Below, piece by piece: positions 7,524 through 19,180 of a stretch of DNA of 64,000 nt (its first letter is position 1; every line of letters begins with the position of its first letter). Origin of the DNA: Pelagibacteraceae bacterium (lineage in GTDB: Bacteria; Pseudomonadota; Alphaproteobacteria; Pelagibacterales; Pelagibacteraceae); assembly GCA_008638205.1 (NCBI GenBank), contig VTPO01000002.1, positions 19,802 through 83,801 of the forward strand, given 5' to 3'. The notes under the pieces are model-generated. The model had not been told where the DNA came from, did no database searches, and worked only from the letters and a program-made list of their open reading frames with translations. Made by a program: the position numbers and the translations under genes.

Positions 7524-10343
7524 TTAATGAGCCTCACTCCAGTTTTTACCACTTTTTACATCTACTGTGAGTGGAATACTAAATTTGACTAAAGGCTCAG
7601 AGGCATTTTCCATCTCATGAGCTATTTTTTGCTGAACACTAGATACGTCTTTTTCCTTACACTCCAATAAAAGCTCATCATGCACCTGAATAAGTAAGCT
7701 TGCTGGTATCTCTTTAGCAGAAATTTTTTTGTCGATTTGGATCATTGCCAATCTTAACAAGTCAGCTGCCGTGCCTTGTATGGGAGCATTAATGCAAGCT
7801 CTTTCTTGAAATGTTCTTAAGGTATGATTTTTATCATTGATGTTAGGAAAATGACATTTTCGATCAAATAAAGTTTTTACGTAACCATTCTTTCTACAAA
7901 ACGTTATATTTTCATTCATAAAATCTCTTATTTCAGGAAATTTTCCAAAATAGGATTTTAAAAAATTCTCTGCTTCAGAATTGCTAACAGATATTTGTTT
8001 TGCCAAACCATAAGAAGAAATTCCATAAATAATTCCAAAGTTGATTGCTTTTGCTTTTCTTCTCATATCCTCATCTACTTTTTTTAAAGAAACATCAAAT
8101 ATTTGGCTCGCCGTTAAAGTATGAATATCTTCTTTGTTTAAAAAGGCTTTCTTTAACTCCTTAACGTCTCCCATGTGAGCAAGAATCCTCATTTCTATTT
8201 GACTATAGTCAGCCGAGATTAGTTTCGAGTTTTTGTCGGACACAAATGCAGATCTGATTTCTTTTCCTTCTATATTTTTGATAGGAATGTTTTGCAAATT
8301 TGGATTGGCGCTAGCAAGCCTACCTGTGGTAGTGGCTGCCAATAAAAAAGAGGTATGGACTCGTTTACTTTTGGCGTTAATATAAGTCGGTAGAGTATCT
8401 GTGTATGTATTTTTAAGTTTAGATTTTTGTCTCCAATTTAAAACTAATTTAGGAAATTCATGTCCTTGGGATGCTAGATCTTCTAACACTGCTACATTAG
8501 TAGCAAAATTTCCTTTTTTAGTCTTTTTGCTTCCAGCAATTTTTAACTTCTCATAAATAACATCTCCTAACTGCTTGGGAGAACCAATATTAAATTCTTC
8601 CTTGGCAATTTTAAATATTTTTTTTTCAAGGTTTTGAATTTCTATTTCAAATTTTTTAGACAATTTTTCTAAAATGTTTTTATCTATTTTTATTCCATTG
8701 TTTTCAATTGAAGATAAAATTTTAATTAATGGCTTTTCTAAATTGTCATAGACGCTAAGAACATTTTCATTAAATAGTCTTTTTTCAAACATCTGGAACA
8801 ATCTAAGAGTAATATCAGCATCTTCGCAGGCATAATCTTTTGCTTGCTCTATATCTACAAAATCAAAAGTGACTTGAGATTTTCCTACTCCGGCAACATC
8901 TTTGAATGGAATGGTTTTGTGATTTAAATGAAGCTCTGACAAAAGATCCATACCATGTCTATTTTTTCCTGCATCTAAAGAATATGACATCAGCATAGTG
9001 TCTTCTATTGAGTTCATTTGAATGCCATGTTTTAGAAAAATTCTATAATCGTATTTAATATTCTGACCCACTTTTTTAACTGTTGGATCCTCTAAGTAAG
9101 GCTTAATGACACTCAATACATCTTTTAGTTTTAACTGCTTTTTGATTAATGGATCAGATTTGTTTTGATGACCGATAGGAATATAAAATGCTTCTCCAGA
9201 CCTATACGACAAGGAAATACCAACCAAATTGGCAACCATTGTGTCCAATGAATTAGTTTCCGTATCAATTGCAAACAACCCTTTCTCATCTGATTTTTTT
9301 AATACACTCTTCAATTCACTCATGTCAAAAATTAGGGAGAATTTTTTTTCTATAATTTTTTCTGGGACGCCTGGTAATTTGCCAGATTCAACACTTGGTT
9401 CTTTGGACTCTGCAAGTTTAGATTGAGGAGGTGCTTTTCCTGAAAATTTTCCATAATCACTTTCTAATTTTTTAAAAAGCCTACCAAACTCCATTTCCTG
9501 CAAAAACTTTAATATTTTATCAGGATCGATGGATTTGAGGGCAAACTCATCTAAAGGGGTTTTAACAGGCACATCTTTTTTTAAGGTTACTAGCTTTTTG
9601 CTTATTAAAGCCTTGTCTTTATTATCTAGCAATGTCTGCCTACGTTTAGGCTGCTTTATACTGGAAGCATTTTCTAAAACTTTTTCCAAAGAACCAAACT
9701 GATTTATCAATTCCGCTGCTGTTTTAATTCCAATACCTGGAACTCCAGGTATATTGTCCGATGAATCGCCAGCTAAAGACTGGACGTCAATTACTTTATC
9801 TGGATAGACTCCGAATTTTTCTTTGACCTCTTCTCTGCCAATGTACTTGTCTTTCATTGTATCCATCATAAAAGTATTCTCATCAACCAACTGCATAAGA
9901 TCTTTATCGGATGAAATAATTGTTACTTTTATATTCCTTTTTGATGCCTGCTCTTTATAAGTGGCTATCAAATCGTCTGCCTCATAATTTTCTAATTCAA
10001 CTCCTAAAATGTTAAAGGCCTCTACAGCTTTTCTTATGTAGCTAAATTGTGGAATAAGATCTTCAGGTGTGTCTTGTCTATTGGCTTTATACTCTTTGTA
10101 AATATCGTTTCTAAAATTTTTTCTTGCAGTATCAAATATAACTGCAAAGTGTGTTGGTCGATCTACTTTGTCTAAAGACCTAGATTCTTCTAAAAATTTA
10201 TAAAGCATGTTGCAAAAACCGCTAACTGCACCAACTGGTAAGCCATCGCTTTTTCTTGTTAAAGGTGGAAGGGCATAATAAGCCCTAAAGATATAACCAG
10301 AGCCATCAATTAAATAAATATGTTTTTTGGAGTTATTGGCCAT
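7524..10343 (-). CDS. polA: DNA polymerase I
   Basis: LIDGSGYIFRAY (5'-3' exonuclease), DTET (3'-5' exonuclease), ADYSQIEMR, KAINFGIIYG and QVHDEL. Confidence 0.98.
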   Translation of the reverse strand: MANNSKKHIYLIDGSGYIFRAYYALPPLTRKSDGLPVGAVSGFCNMLYKFLEESRSLDKVDRPTHFAVIFDTARKNFRNDIYKEYKANRQDTPEDLIPQFSYIRKAVEAFNILGVELENYEADDLIATYKEQASKRNIKVTIISSDKDLMQLVDENTFMMDTMKDKYIGREEVKEKFGVYPDKVIDVQSLAGDSSDNIPGVPGIGIKTAAELINQFGSLEKVLENASSIKQPKRRQTLLDNKDKALISKKLVTLKKDVPVKTPLDEFALKSIDPDKILKFLQEMEFGRLFKKLESDYGKFSGKAPPQSKLAESKEPSVESGKLPGVPEKIIEKKFSLIFDMSELKSVLKKSDEKGLFAIDTETNSLDTMVANLVGISLSYRSGEAFYIPIGHQNKSDPLIKKQLKLKDVLSVIKPYLEDPTVKKVGQNIKYDYRIFLKHGIQMNSIEDTMLMSYSLDAGKNRHGMDLLSELHLNHKTIPFKDVAGVGKSQVTFDFVDIEQAKDYACEDADITLRLFQMFEKRLFNENVLSVYDNLEKPLIKILSSIENNGIKIDKNILEKLSKKFEIEIQNLEKKIFKIAKEEFNIGSPKQLGDVIYEKLKIAGSKKTKKGNFATNVAVLEDLASQGHEFPKLVLNWRQKSKLKNTYTDTLPTYINAKSKRVHTSFLLAATTTGRLASANPNLQNIPIKNIEGKEIRSAFVSDKNSKLISADYSQIEMRILAHMGDVKELKKAFLNKEDIHTLTASQIFDVSLKKVDEDMRRKAKAINFGIIYGISSYGLAKQISVSNSEAENFLKSYFGKFPEIRDFMNENITFCRKNGYVKTLFDRKCHFPNINDKNHTLRTFQERACINAPIQGTAADLLRLAMIQIDKKISAKEIPASLLIQVHDELLLECKEKDVSSVQQKIAHEMENASEPLVKFSIPLTVDVKSGKNWSEAH

Positions 10344-10348
10344 AAAAG

Positions 10349-10393
10349 TAATTTCTTTTATAGAAATTATTGAGTATTAATACAATTAATACT
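10349..10393. repeat. Two adjacent perfect inverted repeats in the polA / ABC-ATPase divergent gap
   Basis: TAATTTCT-N5-AGAAATTA (10349-10369) and AGTATTAAT-ACA-ATTAATACT (10373-10393). Confidence 0.6.
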
Positions 10394-10395
10394 TC

Positions 10396-11328
10396 ATGAA
10401 CAATTCAATTGCCCTAGAAATAAAAAATGTAGGTAAGACTTACAAATTACAGGATAGCAATTCTTTGAAAGCCTTAGATGACATTACGTTTAATGTTAAA
10501 CAGGGAGAAATCTTTGGGTTGCTAGGTCCTAACGGTGCTGGAAAATCTACCTTGATTAATATTCTAGGAGGAACAGTCATTAAGTCCCAGGGCTTGGTTA
10601 ATGTATGGGGTTTTGACTTGGACTTAAATCCTAGGCAAGTAAGGGCTTCAATTGGAATAGTCCCTCAGGAGGTTAACGTTGATCCATTTTTTACTCCTAA
10701 AAAATTATTAGATATTCAGGCGGGTATGTACGGCGTTGCCAAAAAAGACAGGATTACAGATAAAATATTAGAACTTACCAGCCTTACAGATAAAGCAGAT
10801 TCATATATGAGGTCTCTATCCGGAGGAATGAGAAGGAGATTGTTACTTGCAAAAGCAATGGTGCATCAACCTCCAATCTTAATATTAGACGAGCCAACAG
10901 CTGGTGTTGATGTTGATTTAAGACAAAAACTTTTAGAAAATGTTAAAGAACTAAACAATCAAGGAGTAACTATTATTTTGACCACTCACTACCTTCAAGA
11001 GGCAGAGGAGCTTTGTGATAGAATAGCTATTATTAATCATGGGAAGATTGTTGCATTGGACAAAACTGAAAATCTACTATCAGAAATTCATTTAAAAAAA
11101 ATAAAATTTAAAGTGAAAAACTTTAAAAACATTGGTGATAAATTAGATGATCACCTAAAAATAGAATACTTAAAAAATAACCAAATATCGATAAAATACG
11201 ATAAAACAATTAGTAATGTTGAAGACATAATTTTTAAAATTAAAGAAAAAGGTCTTGAAATTGAAGACATAATGACTGAAGATGCTGATTTAGAAGACGT
11301 ATTTATTAAACTAACTAAAAATCTATGA
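10396..11328 (+). CDS. ABC transporter ATP-binding protein (ABC-2/YadG-like)
   Basis: Walker A GPNGAGKST, signature LSGGMRRR, Walker B LILDEPT, and H-loop TTHYL. Confidence 0.9.
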   Translation: MNNSIALEIKNVGKTYKLQDSNSLKALDDITFNVKQGEIFGLLGPNGAGKSTLINILGGTVIKSQGLVNVWGFDLDLNPRQVRASIGIVPQEVNVDPFFTPKKLLDIQAGMYGVAKKDRITDKILELTSLTDKADSYMRSLSGGMRRRLLLAKAMVHQPPILILDEPTAGVDVDLRQKLLENVKELNNQGVTIILTTHYLQEAEELCDRIAIINHGKIVALDKTENLLSEIHLKKIKFKVKNFKNIGDKLDDHLKIEYLKNNQISIKYDKTISNVEDIIFKIKEKGLEIEDIMTEDADLEDVFIKLTKNL

Positions 11329-11897
11329 TTACAAACAAATATATAAACTCCACAAAATCAATTCAAATTATATCTTACTTTTTAATTTTGTTATTTGGAT
11401 CTGCGCTTCTTATTATGTCTTCAAAAATAAAAGTTCCTTTTTATCCAGTTCCCATGACCATGCAAACTTTTATAATTATTTTATTTGGATCTTTTTTTGG
11501 GTGGAAAAAAGCAAGCTTAATTGTTTTAACTTATTTAATGGAAGGCCTGTTTGGCTTTCCTGTTTTTGCAAGTACTCCTGAAAAAGGACTTGGGTTAAGC
11601 TATATGGTTGGTCCAACCGGTGGGTATTTATTAGGATTCTTATTTACTGCTTTTTTGTCTGGATACTTTAATTTAAGAACTAATTTTATTTTACGCTTTT
11701 TCTATCTAGCTGTTTCGGTAGTTCCCATTTATCTTCTGGGATATTTGTGGCTAGGTTACCTTGTGGGATGGAGTAAGCCAATATTTGAAATTGGTGTGCA
11801 ACCTTTTATTCTTGCAGAATTTTGCAAAATATTATTACTTGCCCTAATAATTCCAAAAATATTTAGTCTAAAAAAAAAACTTAGAATAATTATCTAG
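11325..11897 (+). CDS. bioY: Biotin transporter S component BioY
   Basis: PVPMTMQT and GPTGGYLLGF motifs with six hydrophobic segments. Confidence 0.9.
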   Translation: MITNKYINSTKSIQIISYFLILLFGSALLIMSSKIKVPFYPVPMTMQTFIIILFGSFFGWKKASLIVLTYLMEGLFGFPVFASTPEKGLGLSYMVGPTGGYLLGFLFTAFLSGYFNLRTNFILRFFYLAVSVVPIYLLGYLWLGYLVGWSKPIFEIGVQPFILAEFCKILLLALIIPKIFSLKKKLRIII

Positions 11898-12453
11898 GAG
11901 ATCTTTTGGAGAGAATTCTCTGTAAGGTTCTACGATGCATTTTTAACCTTCTTGCTGTTTCGGAAACATTGCGATTGCAAAGTTCAAACACGCGCTGAAT
12001 ATGTTCCCACTTCACTCGATCAGCCGACATTGGATTCTCAGGTGGGGCTGCTTTTCTATCTGGGGCTGCTAATAAGGCTGCTTCAACAGCTTCCGCGTCT
12101 GCAGGTTTTGAAATGTAATCTATGGCTCCGGCCTTAACAGCTGCAACTGCTGTTGGTAAATTTCCATATCCTGTAAGCATAACTATTCGGCTGTCTTCTC
12201 TAATCCGGTGAATTTCGTCAACTACATCCAGTCCATTGCCATCCAAAAGTCGAAGGTCGATAACAGCAAAAGCTGGAGGGTTTTTTTTAGCCATTAATTT
12301 TGCTTCTTCTACTCCCTTTGCAAGAGTTACTTCAAAACCTTTACTCGTCATGGCTCTTCCTAGCCTTCCTCTAAACGGGTCGTCGTCATCCACTATAAGC
12401 AGCGTCTTATCTTCAAAATCACTTATTTTTAATGTGTTATTTGGAAATTTCAT
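11890..12453 (-). CDS. regA: Redox response regulator RegA/PrrA/ActR
   Basis: Receiver domain plus the near-invariant C-terminus WEHIQRVFELCNRNVSETARRLKMHRRTLQRIL. Confidence 0.95.
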   Translation of the reverse strand: MKFPNNTLKISDFEDKTLLIVDDDDPFRGRLGRAMTSKGFEVTLAKGVEEAKLMAKKNPPAFAVIDLRLLDGNGLDVVDEIHRIREDSRIVMLTGYGNLPTAVAAVKAGAIDYISKPADAEAVEAALLAAPDRKAAPPENPMSADRVKWEHIQRVFELCNRNVSETARRLKMHRRTLQRILSKRSPR

Positions 12454-12567
12454 ACTTGTTTATATATGCCAAAGAAGGACAATCTCAAGAAAAAAACTAG
12501 CTACAAATGTCATCGGAATAGATTGTTAAGTTAGTTCACATTCCAAAAAAATAATGAGTTTTTTTTC

Positions 12568-12596
12568 TTTACTTTAATACAGAAAAACCCTATTTG
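12568..12596 (+). promoter_or_regulatory. Possible promoter of the polyamine operon
   Basis: TTTACT-17 nt-TATTTG; a weak match in AT-rich DNA. Confidence 0.25.
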
Positions 12597-12664
12597 CGGA
12601 ATTAAGATGGCTTTATATTTTAAATTTTATAAGTCGACTAGTAACTAACGAGAGGTTTTATGAG

Positions 12665-13849
12665 ATGGCAAAATTTCAGTCTGTTGACGAGCTGGTCGAA
12701 GCTACAAGACCTGTAAATCCCGTTTACTGCATAAGAGAAGATAGTATAGAAACTTCTGCTGCTTGGTTTAAGAATAATTTTCCTGGAAACATATTGTATG
12801 CTGTCAAAGCAAATCCAAACGAAAAAGTTTTAAAAACTTTACTCAAAAATAATATTACAAATTTTGATACTGCCACCATTGAAGAAATTAGATTAATTAA
12901 AAAAATAGCACCGCAGGCTAAAGCATATTTTATGCATACGATCAAAAGCAAAGAGAGTATCTCTGAAGCTTACTTTAAATATAATGTTAAAGATTTTTCA
13001 TTAGATTCTAAAGATGAACTAGACAAAATTCTTAAAGCTACTAATCAAGCAAAAGACTTAACTTTATATCTAAGAATACAGGCATCCAATGAACATGCAG
13101 AAATAGATCTTTCCAAAAAATTTGGAGCTACTGTTTACGAATCTTCTTCATTGTTAAGACAAATAAAAGAAGTTGCGAACAAAATTGGAATTAGTTTTCA
13201 TGTAGGATCACAATGCATGCACCCAATTTCTTATTCCAAGGCATTAAAAGATGTTGGTATTCTAATTAAAAAAACAGGAATTGAACCTAATATTATAAAT
13301 GTTGGAGGAGGATTTCCTACAACCTATCCTGATATGTATCCGCAACCACTAATCAACTATATCAATGAAATTAAAAAAAGCTTTGTTAAATTAAATTTGA
13401 AGTCAAAACCAGAACTACTTTGTGAGCCGGGACGGGCATTGGTTGCAGAAAGTGGGTCAACAATAGTAAGGGTGGAACTTAGAAAAAAACAGAATTTGTA
13501 TATTAATGATGGAACTTACGGCTCATTGTTTGATGCTGGCACACCTCAATTTATTTTTCCCACTAAACCGATACAATTAAAAAAATCATTCACAAAAAGA
13601 TTAGTTCCTTATAGTTTTTACGGTCCAACTTGCGATGGCATTGACTTTATGAAAGGTCCATTCATGCTACCCTCAAATATAAAACAAGGTGATTATATTG
13701 AGATTGGCCAACTAGGGGCATACGGTCTTAGCTTAAGAACAAAGTTTAATGGCTGTTACTCAGATGAAATTCACGATGTGTGCGATAAACCGTTAATGTC
13801 CATATATGATGCTGATGAAAACGAAAATATCAGACATTTATTCGGATAA
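12665..13849 (+). CDS. Fold-type III PLP-dependent ornithine/lysine(/arginine) decarboxylase
   Basis: YAVKAN (PLP Lys), FHVGSQ, NVGGGF, EPGR and YGPTCD motifs; SD AGAGG at 12651-12655. Confidence 0.9.
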   Translation: MAKFQSVDELVEATRPVNPVYCIREDSIETSAAWFKNNFPGNILYAVKANPNEKVLKTLLKNNITNFDTATIEEIRLIKKIAPQAKAYFMHTIKSKESISEAYFKYNVKDFSLDSKDELDKILKATNQAKDLTLYLRIQASNEHAEIDLSKKFGATVYESSSLLRQIKEVANKIGISFHVGSQCMHPISYSKALKDVGILIKKTGIEPNIINVGGGFPTTYPDMYPQPLINYINEIKKSFVKLNLKSKPELLCEPGRALVAESGSTIVRVELRKKQNLYINDGTYGSLFDAGTPQFIFPTKPIQLKKSFTKRLVPYSFYGPTCDGIDFMKGPFMLPSNIKQGDYIEIGQLGAYGLSLRTKFNGCYSDEIHDVCDKPLMSIYDADENENIRHLFG

Positions 13850-13853
13850 AAAA

Positions 13854-14879
13854 ATGAATTCTAAGAAGCCCTCTTTTCTATCAACTACTGTAGAACATAT
13901 TGATATTACCTCGTTCGATGCAAGGCCCATTATAGATTCAATGGGTAAGATGTCTTTTACATCTAGAGAAACAGGCAATGCAGCTAAAATTTTTAACGAA
14001 ATGATTAGTGACAAAGACTGTACAATTTTTTTAACACTGGCAGGCTCTACCTCTGCTGGAGGGTGTATGCAACTATACTCCGATTTAATTAAATACAATA
14101 TGGTTGATGCGATAGTAGCAACTGGTGCCTCTATCATTGATATGGATTTTTTCGAAGCATTAGGATTCAAACATTATCAAGGATCCCAATTCCAAGATGA
14201 CAATGTTTTACGAGATAATTATATTGATAGAATTTATGATACCTATATTGATGAAAATGAGCTGCAAGCCTGTGACAAAACTATATGTGAAATTGCAAAC
14301 TCTTTAGATCCTAAACCTTATACTTCTAGAGAGTTTATTTGGGAGCTAGGAAAATATTTAAAGAAAAATTCCAAAAAAAAAGGTTCCCTGATCGAAATGG
14401 CATATGACCATGGGGTTCCAATTTTTTGTCCTGCTTTTACTGATAGTTCTGCAGGCTTCGGTTTAGTCATCCATCAGGAGCAAAATCCAGATAAGCACAT
14501 GACTATAGATTCTATTCGTGAATTTAGGGAGCTGACAGAAATAAAAATACAATCTAAAAATTCTGGACTATTTATGGTCGGAGGAGGAGTTCCTAAAAAT
14601 TTTATTCAAGATACTGTTATTTGTGCTGAGCTTTTAGGTAAAGAAGTTGAAATGCACAAATATGCGATTCAAATTACAGTTGCTGACTCTCGAGATGGAG
14701 CGTGCAGTAGTTCTACTTTAAAGGAAGCTAGTTCATGGGGAAAAGTTGATACCACTAAAGAGCAGATGGTATTTGCTGAAGCCACTAGCGTTATTCCATT
14801 AATAGCAAGTGATGCTTACCATAAAATGAACTGGAAAGACCGACCAAGAAAAAGCTATTCAAATATTTTCAAAAAATGA
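13854..14879 (+). CDS. Deoxyhypusine synthase-like protein (homospermidine / aminobutyl-transferase type)
   Basis: RIYDTY, GGGVPKNF and EASSWGK (catalytic Lys). Start ATG 13854 follows the decarboxylase stop. Confidence 0.9.
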   Translation: MNSKKPSFLSTTVEHIDITSFDARPIIDSMGKMSFTSRETGNAAKIFNEMISDKDCTIFLTLAGSTSAGGCMQLYSDLIKYNMVDAIVATGASIIDMDFFEALGFKHYQGSQFQDDNVLRDNYIDRIYDTYIDENELQACDKTICEIANSLDPKPYTSREFIWELGKYLKKNSKKKGSLIEMAYDHGVPIFCPAFTDSSAGFGLVIHQEQNPDKHMTIDSIREFRELTEIKIQSKNSGLFMVGGGVPKNFIQDTVICAELLGKEVEMHKYAIQITVADSRDGACSSSTLKEASSWGKVDTTKEQMVFAEATSVIPLIASDAYHKMNWKDRPRKSYSNIFKK

Positions 14880-15751
14880 CATTTTTAAGTTCCTTGTCAG
14901 GTTTTTTAGGTCTTCCTCAAAAAACTAAATCCAAAAATTGTGTGTGCGTAGTTCCTTTTGGACTGGAAAAAACCGTTAGTTATGGCTCGGGTACTAAAAA
15001 TGGTCCTAAGGCTATTCTTAAAGCATCTCATCAAGTGGAGTTGTTTGACGAAGAGTTGTTGCAAGATTCATATAAAAACTTTCAAATAAAAACTTTAAAA
15101 CCATTTAAAATTAAAAAAAGCTTAACAGATGCTCTAAATCAACTGACTAGCATTACAAAAAATATTTTAAATAAAAAAGAATTTCCACTAATACTTGGTG
15201 GAGAGCATTCTATTACACCAGGTATTATTAAAGCATTTTCACAAAAATACAAAAAAATAACTATCTTACAAATAGATGCTCATGCAGATTTAAGGGATGG
15301 TTACGAAGGAGAAAAATTTTCCCATGCCTCAGCTATGAGAAGATGCTTAGATTTTAAAAATATAGAAATTGTATCTTTTGGAATAAGAAATTTATGTTGT
15401 GATGAATACAAATATTACAAATCTATATCCAAAAGAATGAAAATATTTTGGGGAAAAGATATGATAAATTGGAATCTTAACATTCTTAAGAAAACGATTA
15501 AAAATAAAAATGTCTATATTACTTTCGACCTAGATGGATTTGACTCAAGCTTAATGGCAGCAACTGGCACTCCTGAACCGGGGGGTTTGTTTTGGAATGA
15601 TGCTATGAGAATATTAAAAATTACTTCTGAAAATTCAAATATAGTAGGTGCAGATATAAATGAGCTGGCCCCTAAGAAAAACCTACATGCATGTGACTTT
15701 ATTGCTGCAAAATTGGCTTATAAAATATTATCTTACAAATTTAAAAAGTAA
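14876..15751 (+). CDS. speB: Agmatinase-family ureohydrolase
   Basis: GGEHSIT, DAHADLR, SHAS, DLDGFD and GTPEPGG motifs; ATGA overlap with the DHS-like gene. Confidence 0.88.
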   Translation: MTFLSSLSGFLGLPQKTKSKNCVCVVPFGLEKTVSYGSGTKNGPKAILKASHQVELFDEELLQDSYKNFQIKTLKPFKIKKSLTDALNQLTSITKNILNKKEFPLILGGEHSITPGIIKAFSQKYKKITILQIDAHADLRDGYEGEKFSHASAMRRCLDFKNIEIVSFGIRNLCCDEYKYYKSISKRMKIFWGKDMINWNLNILKKTIKNKNVYITFDLDGFDSSLMAATGTPEPGGLFWNDAMRILKITSENSNIVGADINELAPKKNLHACDFIAAKLAYKILSYKFKK

Positions 15752-15752
15752 T

Positions 15753-17027
15753 TTAAATATTTTCTAGATCAGATTCTTTCCATACAACGCTCACAAAAGC
15801 TCCACCTAATTCTGAGTTTTGTTTAAATAAAACTTTTGCATTTGTTCTTTCTAATAAAGTCTTAGATATAAAAACACCAAGTCCAAGTCCATTTTTATTT
15901 TTATTAGCAAAGTTAGATCTTATGTATGGATCTCCTAATTTTTGCATCACATCCAGAGGAAAGCCACTACCATCATCAGCTATATTTAAACAAATTGTTT
16001 TATTGTGGCTAAATACTTTGACAACTACTTTTTTTTTACAAAACTTAATAGCGTTATCAATAATATTTTTTAAAGCATAAATAATTTCTATTTTTCTATT
16101 AACAAAAATATTACTAGTGAGTTTTTCGTCATCAATTTTAATATGTTTAGAATGTGGTAAGTCAAAAGAAAAAACAATTTCTTTAATTAAATTTTTAAAC
16201 GATATGTTTTCTATAAAACTGTCTTGTTTATTGGGATCGATTGACAAATCCTTTAAGATTGTTTTGCACCTTTCTATCTGTGAGCTCAAAAGATCAATAT
16301 CACTTTTATATTTTTTGCTATTACCAAGTTCTTTTTGAAGGTCCTCTACTACAAGGTTAATTGTACCTAATGGCGTACCCAATTCATGTGCTGCAGCTGC
16401 AGCCAAGCCACCCAATGACTTGAGCTCTTTTTCTTTAGACAAGGACTTTTCTAGTTTACTAAAAGCCTCGTTTCTTTTTTTAGCCTCTGCAGCAATAGAA
16501 TAGGCGTAGTTACCTAAAAAAATTACACAGACGGTTAAAGATGACCACAATCCTAATAGATAATAGTCTGGTATGTTGATTCCTGGCCCTGGTAATGGCT
16601 TATGTTGAGTTGCAAGGATAGAAATTGATAGGATTGAAATTGTTGCAAGAAAAATACTGCTTCTTTTAGACAAAAACGTAATAGCAATAGTAGAGGGAAC
16701 TATCATTAAAATTGAAAAAGGATTTGTCAGACCTCCCGTATAATAGAGAAGAAGTGATAACTGTAATACATCATAAAGAACACTAAGAGTGGCCCAAAAA
16801 TTATTCAGTCTTTGGGTATTTTTTAGTAAAAATCCTAAGTACACATTTATTAAAACAGAAAATAGGATGACAGTGAGACATTCAAAAAATGCAAATGAAA
16901 ATCTATAATAAAAATATATTAAACAAACAGCAAACAACTGTCCTATAATAGCTATCCACCTAATATTGATTAGAATTTCTAATTTAATATTTTCTTGGCT
17001 TAATCCAAAAATATTTCTTAGATTCAT
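15753..17027 (-). CDS. regB: Redox sensor histidine kinase RegB/PrrB/ActS
   Basis: Six-TM sensor with quinone-binding GGLTNPF, H-box AAAAHELGTPL, and redox Cys in ERCKTIL. Confidence 0.92.
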   Translation of the reverse strand: MNLRNIFGLSQENIKLEILINIRWIAIIGQLFAVCLIYFYYRFSFAFFECLTVILFSVLINVYLGFLLKNTQRLNNFWATLSVLYDVLQLSLLLYYTGGLTNPFSILMIVPSTIAITFLSKRSSIFLATISILSISILATQHKPLPGPGINIPDYYLLGLWSSLTVCVIFLGNYAYSIAAEAKKRNEAFSKLEKSLSKEKELKSLGGLAAAAAHELGTPLGTINLVVEDLQKELGNSKKYKSDIDLLSSQIERCKTILKDLSIDPNKQDSFIENISFKNLIKEIVFSFDLPHSKHIKIDDEKLTSNIFVNRKIEIIYALKNIIDNAIKFCKKKVVVKVFSHNKTICLNIADDGSGFPLDVMQKLGDPYIRSNFANKNKNGLGLGVFISKTLLERTNAKVLFKQNSELGGAFVSVVWKESDLENI

Positions 17028-17028
17028 T

Positions 17029-19155
<2,127 letters not shown>

Positions 19156-19180
19156 TTATTGGTAAAAATAGAGATCTCAA

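Noticed and set aside
12466-12534. 22-codon Lys-rich ORF MPKKDNLKKKTSYKCHRNRLLS upstream of the decarboxylase
   Set aside because: It overlaps the probable regA promoter on the other strand, has no SD, and lies upstream of the candidate operon promoter. Lys-richness is expected from AT bias.
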